NCBI GenBank assembly: GCA_950097015.1
Contig: CATNEN010000011.1
Coordinates: 4,278,001 to 4,342,000 of the forward strand
Length of the DNA stretch: 64,000 bases
Direction of reading: 5' to 3'
Origin: Macrostomum hystrix
Taxonomy: Eukaryota; Animalia; Platyhelminthes
This document shows positions 1 to 10,085 of the stretch, one piece after another (within the stretch, counting starts at the first letter, position 1; every line of letters starts with the position of its first letter). The notes beneath the pieces are model-generated. The model searched no databases, was not told the origin of the DNA, and worked only from the letters and a program-made list of their open reading frames with translations. The translations under genes and the position numbers were made by a program.

Positions 1-154
1 TAGAAGGGGCAGCGGCCCGAAAAGAAGAATGAAATCCAAAAACAGACAACCCTCGACTAAACATTGGCCAATTCTACTCAGCCGTTGCAAATTGGATCAA
101 GAATTGACTGCAATTCAACTGCCACCTGCCAGCTAATCGACCAAATCTAACTGC

Positions 155-2633
155 ATGGGCCGTTCGGAATCGAAGCTGGCAATCATGACGACTATGGAGC
201 TGGTTATTGTTGGCGTGTTACTTGCAGTTGGAGACATCCAGCTGGTTGATTGCATTAAATGTATCTCGTCGAGGTCGCCACAATCAGTCGAAACATATAT
301 GAATGACAATAGTTCTACTACTTGCACTCGTCGCACAGTCACCAAGTGTAAAGTGGAATATGATAAAACCATCAAAGTGGTGAGCGACCGAATGAAATAA
401 ACTAAGTAAATTAGCATATCAGTTCGAATTCATAAAGTAACAGTTTGCACGCGGAAACCCTTTTTAGAATCTGAAATATGGTTGCGGCGCCTGTCCCGCT
501 ACGCAGGATGCAAACATTTTTTGCAAAGACTGCACAGGTGATGACTGCAATAAAGCGAGTGCATTAAACGTGACCGATGATCTAGTAGAATGCCTCGAAT
601 ACGTACTTGCGGGTCAGTTCTTTAAGAACGGAAACGTTACACCAGCAGGGCCAAATAAACTTTTTTGTCTACCATCGGAAAAGTGCTTCAAATATGAAAT
701 TCTTCCTGGAACAAAATACCATGAGATCTACATCGGCTGCAAATCGGATGTCGAACTCTATCGTCAAGGCGCGTTGCGGCTCCATAACTATTCTCAAGTT
801 GCTCGGAACTTTAAACCTTACGAATGTACACCAAACAAAAACTATTCTGATTGTATTTCAATAACCACGACTGCTCGGTTAGCAACCGTGACTGCTTCAG
901 GTGCAGCCACGACTGGTGCTGGTGCAGCCACGACTGGTGCTGGTGCAGCCACGACTGGTGCTGGTGCAGCCACGGCTGCTGCTGGTGCAGCCACGACTGG
1001 TGCTGGTGCAGCCACGACTGGTGCTGGTGCAGCCACGACTGGTGCTGGTGCAGCCACGACTGGTGCTGGTGCAGCCACGACTGGTGCTGGTGCAGCCACG
1101 ACTGGTGCTGGTGCAGCCACGACTGCTGCTGGTGCAGCCACGACTGGTGCTGGTGCAGCCACGACTGGTGCTGGTGCAGCCACGACTGGTGCTGGTGCAG
1201 CCACGACTAGTGCTGGTGCAGCCACGACTGGTGCTGGTGCAGCCACGACTGCTGCTGGTGCGGCCACGACTGGTGCTGGTGCAGCCACGACTGGTGCTGG
1301 TGCAGCCACGGCTGGTGCTGGTGCAGCCACGACTGCTGCTGGTGCAGCCACGACTGGTGCTGGTGCAGCCACGACTGCTGCTGGTGCAGCTACGACTGCT
1401 GCTGGTGCAGCCACGACTGGTGCTGGTGCAGCCACGACTGCTGCTGGTGCAGCCACGACTGGTGCTGGTGCAGCCACGACTGGTGCTGGTGCAGCCACGA
1501 CTGCTGCTGGTGCGGCCACGACTGGTGCTGGTGCAGCCACGACTGCTGCTGGTGCAGCCACGACTGGTGCTGGTGCAGCCACGACTGGTGCTGGTGCAGC
1601 CACGACTGGTGCTGGTGCAGCCACGACTGGTGCTGGTGCAGCCACGACTGGTGCTGGTGCAGCCACGACTGCTGCTGGTGCAGCCACGACTGGTGCTGGT
1701 GCAGCCACGACTGGTGCTGGTGCAGCCACGACTGGTGCTGGTGCAGCCACGACTAGTGCTGGTGCAGCCACGACTGCTGCTGGTGCGGCCACGACTGGTG
1801 CTGGTGCAGCCACGACTGGTGCTGGTGCAGCCACGGCTGGTGCTGGTGCAGCCACGACTGCTGCTGGTGCAGCCACGACTGGTGCTGGTGCAGCCACGAC
1901 TGCTGCTGGTGCGGCCACGACTGGTGCTGGTGCAGCCACGACTGCTGCTGGTGCAGCCACGACTGGTGCTGGTGCAGCCACGACTGCTGCTGGTGCAGCC
2001 ACGACTGGTGCTGGTGCAGCCACGACTGGTGCTGGTGCAGCCACGACTGCTGCTGGTGCGGCCACGACTGGTGCTGGTGCAGCCACGACTGGTGCTGGTG
2101 CAGCCACGACTGGTGCTGGTGCAGCCACGACTGGTGCTGGTGCAGCCACGACTGGTGCTGGTGCAGCCACGACTGCTGCTGGTGCAGCCACGACTGCTGC
2201 TGGTGCAGCCACGACTGGTGCTGGTGCAGCCACGACTGGTGCTGGTGCAGCCACGACTGCTGCTGGTGCAGCCACGACTGGTGCTGGTGCAGCCACGACT
2301 GGTGCTGGTGCAGCCACGACTGCTTCGGGTGCAGCCACGACTGGTGCTGGTGCAGCCACGACTGGTGCTGGTGCAGCCACGACTGCTGCTGGTGCAGCCA
2401 CGACTGGTGCTGGTGCAGCCACGACTGGTGCTGGTGCAGCCACGACTGCTCGGCCTGCAGCAAGGACTGCTGCTGGTGCAGCCACGACTGCTGGGCCTGC
2501 AGCCACGACTGCTGCTGATCCAGCCAGGACTGCTGCGGGTGCTTCAAGCCGGACTTCGCCGTCCGGATCCGTACTGCTGGGCTGCACGATGCTGCTAGCG
2601 ATGCTGCTGCCTGTGCTGTTGACTTTGCCCTGA
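155..2633 (+). CDS. Secreted Ly6/uPAR-like (three-finger) two-domain protein with mucin-like stalk and GPI-anchor signal; join(155..379,468..2633), about 796 aa
   Basis: Hydrophobic signal ([20 protein letters not shown]). Donor GTGAGC at 380 and acceptor TTTTTAG ending 467 are both phase 0, and 468 is in frame with the 570..2633 ORF. Joined domain 1 has 8 Cys ending [10 protein letters not shown] (Ly6 C-terminal CxxxDxCN motif). A second 6-Cys domain follows, then a T/A/G repeat and a hydrophobic tail ([23 protein letters not shown]). Confidence 0.75.
898..2450 (+). repeat. Coding 21-bp tandem repeat (GGTGCAGCCACGACTGGTGCT; GAATTGA/GAATTAA), about 74 units
   Basis: Read directly. In frame with the CDS above; the other-frame ORFs (842..2587, 901..2598, 1753..2547) are shadows. 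Confidence 0.95.
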
Positions 2634-3057
2634 TATTTTTTGCATGTTTCGTTCGATGTGCTGATTTTGGAATTTATTAAAAGTTAATTTATTAATTGAT
2701 CATATTGATGTTCTGAAAGTTCTGTCAGAAAATGCACTGAAAAATCAAAGTGCTAAAAGTCTCTTCTCAATAACAAAAACTGACTGGTTCTCGTTGCAAA
2801 TCTCAAGCAGGCCAAGTTTGTAATATTTTACAACTAAATATATTTCTGTCTGAACTAAATAGTTATTCAATACTCAAGCTGATAAGCTGCACTGATCAGT
2901 TAATACTGGCTTGTCGTTTAAAAGTTTTAAGTGCTTAAAAATTGACGCTCAATTAGTATCACAATTAGCTAATTTTATTCCAGTATTTAAATATCTTAAA
3001 TAAAACCAGAACTGTAAATATTACCAACGATGAGAAAACGAATGCAACATTCAATCG

Positions 3058-4635
3058 ATGTGAACAGCCACCTTCAGTCCATCTGAATAGCCACCTTCAG
3101 TCCATCTGAATAGCCACCTTCAGTCCATCTGAATAGCCACCTTCAGTCCATGTGAACAGCCACTTTCAGTCCATGTGAATAGCCACCTTCAGTCCATGTG
3201 AATAGCCACCTTCAGTCCATCTGAATAGCCACCTTCAGTCCATCTGAATAGCCACCTTCAGTCCATCTGAATAGCCACCTTCAGTCCATGTGAATAGCCA
3301 CCTTCAGTCCATCTGAACAGCCACCTTCAGTCCATGTGAATAGCCACCGTCAGTCCATCTGAACAGCCACCTTCAGTCCATGTGAATAGCCACCTTCAGT
3401 CCATCTGAATAGCCACCTTCAGTCCATCTGAATAGCCACCTTCAGTCCATCTGAATAGCCACCTTCAGTCCATCTGAATAGCCACCTTCAGTCCATCTGA
3501 ATAGCCACCTTCAGTCCATCTGAATAGCCACTTTCAGTCCATGTGAATAGCCACCTTCAGTCCATGTGAATAGCCACCTTCAGTCCATGTGAATTGTCAC
3601 CTTCAGTCCATGTGAATATAGCCACCTTCAGTCCATCTGAACAGCCACCATCAGTCCATGTGAACAGCCACCGTCAGTCCATCTGAACAGCCACTTTCAG
3701 TCCATGTGAATAGCCACCTTCAGTCCATCTGAATAGCCACCTTCAGTCCATCTGAATAGCCACCTTCAGTCCATGTGAATATAGCCACCTTCAGTCCATC
3801 TGAATAGCCACCTTCAGTCCATCTGAATAGCCACCTTCAGTCCATGTGAATATAGCCACCTTCAGTCCATGTGAATATAGCCACCTTCAGTCCATGTGAA
3901 TATAGCCACCTTCAGTCTATCTGAACAGCCACCTTCAGTCCATGTGAACAGCCACCTTCAGTCCATCTGAACAGCCATCTTCAGTCCATGTGAATAGCCA
4001 CTTTCAGTCCATGTGAATAGCCACCTTCAGTCCATGTGAATAGCCACCTTCAGTCCATGTGAATAGCCACCTTCAGTCCATCTGAACAGCCACCTTCAGT
4101 CCATCTGAACAGCCACCTTCAGTCCATGTGAATATAGCCACCTTCAGTCCATCTGAACAGCCACCTTCAGTCCATCTGAACAGCCACCTTCAGTCCATCT
4201 GAACAGCCACCTTCAGTCCATGTGAATATAGCCACCTTCAGTCTATCTGAACAGCCACCTTCAGTCCATGTGAACAGCCACCTTCAGTCTATGTGAATAG
4301 CCACCTTCAGTCCATGTGAATAGCCACCTTCAGTCCATGTGAACAGCCACCTTCAGTCCATGTGAATAGCCACCTTCAGTCTATCTGAACAGCCACCTTC
4401 AGTCCATGTGAACAGCCACCTTCAGTCTATGTGAATAGCCACCTTCAGTCCATGTGAATAGCCACCTTCAGTCCATGTGAACAGCCACCTTCAGTCTATG
4501 TGAATAGCCACCTTCAGTCCATGTGAATAGCCACCTTCAGTCCATGTGAACAGCCACCTTCAGTCCATGTGAATAGCCACCTTCAGTCCATGTGAATAGC
4601 CACCTTCAGTCCATGTGAATAGCCACCTTCAGTTC
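3058..4635. repeat. 23-bp minisatellite (TGAA[T/C]AGCCACCTTCAGTCCAT[C/G]), about 68 units, some 25-bp variants
   Basis: Read directly; no spacers. Confidence 0.95.
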
Positions 4636-4779
4636 ATCAGAATGACCAGATGGCCAGATCGCAGCTGCGAAGCTCGCTGGATCATTTACATCGTTTGGAT
4701 GGACTGGAGGAGATGACACAGTGTCAGGAATACCTTGACCTTGGAGAATTGTAAGGTTGTGAATGGCTGTCGATTTGAC

Positions 4780-5130
4780 TCATCGGAATGTGAGCTAATG
4801 CGAAGCTTTTTGACGGATGGATCTCGGGGAAGTGAGTGCTGTGCGTAAATTGGTGTCGCCCTTTCACTACAAGAAGCGATCAATGTGCTAGGACTTGTGT
4901 GAGCAATGAGAGGCCAGTGGCTTTAGAGCGGATGCGGAACTCACGAGGAGCCCCATGATGGAGATTGATACGATGGTTGGATTAGGACCTAGATTTAGGT
5001 TCGTCGTCGGAGCGGTACCCGATGGAGTCGTTTCTGTCTTCATAAAAGTTAACAAGATAGGAGTTGAAGGCCGGAAGCCCTTGTTGAGAAGTTATAGGAG
5101 ACTTGCAAGGTTAGAGATGGGATATTGGTT
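4780..5130 (-). pseudogene. Decayed intronless AlkB-family 2OG-Fe(II) dioxygenase domain (ALKBH2/3-like)
   Basis: Manual minus-strand translation across frameshifts gives FNSYLVNFYEDRNDSIGYRSDDEP / LGPNPTIVSIS / GAPREFRIRSK...LAH*SLLVVKG / QHSLPRDPSVKKLRIS / LTFR. This matches the AlkB motif order (N-x-Y...HxDDE...LG.NP.I.S.S.GA.R.F...L.HGSLL.M....HSLP...RI.LTFR). The HxD His is Arg (5012-5014), there is a stop at 4880-4882, and at least 3 frameshifts. Confidence 0.75.
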
Positions 5131-5711
5131 TTACTGCTCAACGGTTTCAGTAAGCTAGCCAAAGACTTTGATTCAGAAAAAATAGAGCCCGCCATTGAAT
5201 AGCGAAAATTATAAATCTAACACAACTTAAAATATGATGTTATTTTGTCGTCGATTCTATCAGCAAAATAGACATCGTGTTTTGTTTATGTTAAGCAAAT
5301 CTCGGAATATGAGCGGCAATCTGAAAGCTTAGATGATACAAATAATTATTGAAGACTGTCTACATCATGTCATATTGTAATAAGGTTATTTATTGTAAGT
5401 AAAAAGGCTTTGTCTACGCTTTGCTTTGTATAAGATTAAATTTGTGGTAGGGCCTAGTCGTTAAGTCGTTAATAGATTCGTAATTTCGTGTGATTACAAT
5501 CTGCACTTCACTGTTGACTCTAGTCTTGAGTTGCTGGTTATGACTTATGTTAAGAGAATGAAGCAGTCAGAGCAGCGAAACACTGAAGCCGTATAGCTAG
5601 CAAAACTTTAGAAGTATTACTAGCAAGTTTTGCCCTCCTTCGGGGAGCAGAAATATTTTTAATTCGTCTAGTATATACTTTTTTGCAGCAGTATTTTCAG
5701 CTTTTCTAAGC

Positions 5712-6992
5712 TACAATGATCCCCAGTGGATGATGATCACCTAGTTGGCAATGATCACCCAGTTGACAATGATCCCCAGTTGACAATGATCCCCAGTTGA
5801 TGATGATCACCCAGTTGACAATGATCCCCAGTTGACAATGATCCCCAGTTGACAATGATCCCCAGTTGACAATGATCCCCAGTTGATGATGATCACCTAG
5901 TTGGCAATGATCACCCAGTTGACAATGATCCCCAGTTGACAATGATCCCCAGTTGATGATGATCACCCAGTTGACAATGATCCCCCAGTTGATGATGATC
6001 CAACAGTTGACAACGATCCCCCAGTTAATGATGACCCCCCAGTTGACAATGATCCCCCAGTTGACAATAATCCCCCAGTTGACAATGATCCCCCAGTTGA
6101 CAATGATCACCCAGTTGACAATGATCGCCCAGTTGACAATGATCCCTCAGTTGACCATGATCCCCCCATTTGATGATGACTCCCCATTGATAATGATCCC
6201 CAGTTGACAATGTTCCCCCAGTCGACAATGATCCCCCAGTTGATGATAATCAAGCAGTTGACAATGATCCCCCAGTTGACCATGATCCCCCAGTTGACAA
6301 TGATCCCCCAGTTGATGATGATCACCCAGTTGACCATGATCATCCATTTGATGATGATCACCCAGTTGACCATGATCATCCATTTGATGATGATCACCCA
6401 GTTGACCATGATCATCCATTTGATGATGATCACCCAGTTGACCATGATCATCCATTTGATGATGATCACCCAGTTGACCATGATCATCCATTTGATGATG
6501 ATCACCCAGTTGACAATGTTCGCCCCAGTTGACAATGATCCCCCAGTTGATGATGATCCCCCAGTTGACCATGATCATCCATTTGATGATGATCACCCAG
6601 TTGACAATGTTCGCCCCAGTTGACAATGATCCCCCAGTTGATGATGATCCCCCAGTTGACCATGATCATCCATTTGATGATGATCACCCAGTTGACAATG
6701 ATCCCCAGTTGACCATGATCCCATATTTGATGATGACTCCACATTGATGATGATCCCCCAGTTGACAATGATCCCCCAGTTGACAATGATCCCAAAGTTG
6801 ACAATGATCCCCCAGTTGACAATGATCCCCCAGTTGACAATGATCCCCCAGTTGACAATGATCCCAAAGTTGACAATGATCCCCCAGTTGACAATGATCC
6901 CAAAGCTGACCATGATCCCCTAGTTGACAATGATCCCCGAGTTGACAATGATCCCAAAGTTGACAAAGAACCCCTAGTTGATGATGATCCCC
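5712..6992. repeat. 17/18-bp minisatellite (CAGTTGACAATGATCCC[C]) with local 36-bp dimer units
   Basis: Read directly. 18-bp stretches translate as VDNDPP/FDDDHP; 17-bp units break the frame. Confidence 0.95.
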
Positions 6993-6994
6993 AA

Positions 6995-7492
6995 AGTATT
7001 CCACCAATAGCCATGAAAATCCAGAAAACGGGCTAAAATTTCCGGTCTATCCGATGAAAAAACTTCCAGAATCACGAAAATCGGCATCATCGAGATACTC
7101 GACGATTCTCGTCGGGCTGTCTGGTTTCAAAAACCACAAAAAATTGGCAAACATTTTCTGCTCACAAAGTTTTATCACGCAATCATGTCGGCTACTTTGA
7201 CTTCAAGACTTGTTGAATATATTCCATTGATTATATAGTTAATTTATACCTTTGAACTGATGTGGCTCGGTAAATAGGTCTATACTGAGCATTGTTATTT
7301 GTCCTTGTCACCAAGGTCTTCGACAAGAATCGCTGAATATCTCAACGATGCTGGCTCGTACAGCTTTGAAAGCTAGTTCATTGTGAATAGCGGAAAATTG
7401 TGATTCAGATAGTGGATTATCACAAAAATTGGCTATTTGGTTTTGGAGCTATTGTGAAGAAGGCAGTGGGTATTTGAATACCCCGTGGTATT
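6995..7492. mobile_element. About 500-bp non-coding MITE-like element with long imperfect inverted repeats
   Basis: Internal inverted match: GAGATACTCGACGATTCTCGTCG (about 7092-7114) versus reverse complement of CGACAAGAATCGCTGAATATCTC (7321-7343). Homologous copies at about 31770-32245, 47960-48140 (reverse) and 28120-28286 (reverse). Confidence 0.6.
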
Positions 7493-8085
7493 TCCCCAGG
7501 GGGGGATAGCGTGGTCTTTCCCCAGTGGGAGAATAGCGTGGTCTTTCCCCAGGGGGGGGGAATAGCGTGGTCTTTCCCCATGGGGGGAATAGCGTGGTCT
7601 TTCCCCAGGGGGAGAATAGCGTGGTCTTTCCCCAGGGGGAGAATAGCGTGGTCTTTCCCCAGGGGTGGAATAGTGTGGTCTTTCCCCAGGGGTGGAATAG
7701 CGTGGTCTTTCCCCAGGGGGGAATAGCGTGGTCTTTCCCCATGGGGGGAATAGCGTGGTCTTTCCCCAGGGGTGGAATAGCGTGGTCTTTCCCCAGGGGG
7801 AATAGCGTGGTCTTTCCCCAGGGGGAGAATAGCGTGGTCTTTCCCCAGGGGTGGAATAGTGTGGTCTTTCCCCAGGGGTGGAATAGCGTGGTCTTTCCCC
7901 AGGGGGGAATAGCGTGGTCTTTCCCCATGGGGGGAATAGCGTGGTCTTTCCCCATGGGGGGAATAGCGTGGTCTTTCCCATGAAGGGAATAGCGTGGTCT
8001 TTCCCCATGGGGGAATAGCGCGGTCTTTCCCCAGGGGGGAATAGCGTGGTCTTTCCCCAGGGGTGGAATAGTGTGGTCTTTCTCC
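7493..8085. repeat. About 27-bp minisatellite (GGAATAGCGTGGTCTTTCCCCAGGGG[T]), about 22 units; 2-3 more units at 8397-8459
   Basis: Read directly. ORFs 7420..8178, 7433..8098 and others are repeat artefacts. Confidence 0.95.
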
Positions 8086-8109
8086 ACTCATCTGCCACTG
8101 CCCGGCCTT

Positions 8110-8830
8110 CACCCGGGCCAGGCTAAAACATCTCGGGCCGGCACCGACTCTCGCCGAAGCCTGCTCGCCCGAGAACATCCCACAGCTCGCCCACTTCCTC
8201 CGGGATACCGGCCGAGCTGATTTCTTCCCAGCCTATGGCGAGGAAGATCGCGCGGCGGAATCGACCGACGGACCACCCTGAGCGGCACCGCCTCGCTGGA
8301 GGCTGTCTGGCTGCCAGGGGTTAGCGATATGGGCGGCATCAGCCGCCTCCTCGCTGCGTCCGTCATGGAGGCTCCCTGCCGCTAAGTCTAAGTCTAAGGT
8401 CTTTCCCCAGGGGTGGAATAGCGTGGTCTTTCCCCAGGGGGGAATAGCGTGGTCTTTCTACTGTGAAGAAATACGTCTGTGCAGCTGGAATATCGACTTC
8501 GGAATCGTAATCGATGCTCGCAGTAATGCAGATCGCACAATTCCTGGTCGCAGTGCTGGCAGATGACGGAAGCATTCTCTGGAAACGGGTGGCTCATCGA
8601 GCACTTAGCGCCGGGACGCGGTCTCGACTTGAGAATGACTACGTGCGTGTTCTCAACCGGATTGGTCAGCGGATTTCGACACGTCGGACAACTTGCTGCC
8701 CTAAGTCCAGCTGCGGCCAACTCAGCTATTCTCCTATGGCACTCACGACACAGGGTGTGGTGGTTTGAGCAGACGGGGTGGTGGGCTACGCGCACACAGG
8801 TAGACAGAGTGTATTAGAGAGAATGCGTTG
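8110..8830 (-). pseudogene. TRIM-like RING/B-box paralog A, degenerate
   Basis: VCSNHHTLCREC...CPTC RING and CQHCDQELCDLH...H B-box match the other paralogs. The first RING Cys is lost. The coiled-coil remnant (SEEAADAAHIANPW, SSEAVPLR) is frameshifted and interrupted by satellite units at 8397-8459. Confidence 0.7.
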
Positions 8831-9276
8831 TACTTACAGTGGATTAAAATAAGTGAGAACAAAATATAGTAAACAAGTTGTGATGCAAAATAAGTTAGAC
8901 AACTCAAATTCATTTAAGTTCATCGAGTCATTTAGATGAGCTACAGTTAAACGCCGCCTCAAGCACTTTAAAAGAGTTTCAGAGAACAAACAATTTCGTT
9001 CGATCGATTCAAAATTAAACTTCCAACTTTGAAGAAATAAAGATGCTGGATTAAAGCCAGCGTAGATGCAAAGGAGCTCACCAGTGCTCGGTGAAGAACC
9101 TCCCAGAGGAAGCGCGTGTGCCATCTAAATATTCTTAGTTCGAACAAGTATAAAAGTTATTTTTGTACAAGCTTACTCCAGTTGCTAAGCCAATTTAGTG
9201 CTTTAGTATGTAAAAAGAAAGCCCTTTGTTGCTTACTTATATAGCTTTTGAATGTACATTTGGTTTGAGCAGCCAA

Positions 9277-9356
9277 GGGGGGTGGGTGGCTGAATTGTAA
9301 AGCGTCCGCCTCGCACCCTGCTCCCTGAACTCGAATCCGCAGCGAGGCCACATTCG
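9277..9356 (+). mobile_element. SINE family A, tRNA-like head only
   Basis: GGTGGGTGGCTGAATTG...CCCTGAACTCGAATCCGCAGCGAGGCCACATT matches the heads of other copies (e.g. 46850-46924 reverse). Confidence 0.6.
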
Positions 9357-9558
9357 TTTTGTGTGCAGTCATCGTATTTAGAAATTGCATAGTTAACGTC
9401 TGTAAATAAGAATATGAATCTGCATCTCTGCAATGTTTGTTTTTTTCGACGTTTGTTTTAAAATATGTAGTGAACCCGAAGTACCTCGTTATTAGAAGCG
9501 AGGAGAGGTGGTTCAATCTTTAGATGTCATTCTCTCATATCCTAGCTGCTTTTGTGTC

Positions 9559-9817
9559 TGTAAAGGAATAATACAGAACTCTGAGGGTTTGAGAAGGCAG
9601 AGCTATGATAACAAAAAGGTGTTAAGGTGCCCTGTGGCTAATTGATTGCTTTATTTATTATGAAATCACTTCACACTCTCCAGCTCTCTGACGCAACACC
9701 AACCTTGCACATTACCACCCACCCCAACATGCACACTGAGAGGGGGAGCGCCAAGCGTACACTGGCGACGCTACACATAGCAGAGGGTCGGTCCGCAGGC
9801 ACCCAAATTCCAACACA
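9559..9817 (-). repeat. 3' LTR
   Basis: Matches 15606-15864; only one mismatch seen by eye (TTATGAAATC vs TTATTAAATC). Confidence 0.95.
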
Positions 9818-9825
9818 CTCCCCCT
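9818..9825 (-). promoter_or_regulatory. Polypurine tract (AGGGGGAG)
   Basis: Directly precedes the 3' LTR on the minus strand. Confidence 0.85.
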
Positions 9826-10085
9826 AATGATGCTTCATCATTACAGTACTTGAAATGTTGATACGAGTATTCGAAAGGCGAAACAGATTACGAAGTCATA
9901 CAATAGCTAACAGTTAACAGTTGCACTGCGATACAGTAACGAAAGTACATCGAAACTCAAATTTTCAATCAGCGCTAAGGAGTAACTGGCTCTAAATAAT
10001 AAGATGAAAATTGACTGGAACTATACTATAAATTTTAGAACTCAAATTTAAGATTAGAACAGTCCCTGAAAGTCAGTACTAAAGT

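Noticed and set aside
842-2598. Long ORFs 842..2587 (-), 901..2598 (+), 1753..2547 (-)
   Set aside because: Alternate-frame shadows of the 21-bp coding repeat; only the 468..2633 frame has unique N- and C-terminal domains.
7420-8178. ORFs of ERPRYS/GKDHAIPP repeats
   Set aside because: Translations of the 27-bp satellite.
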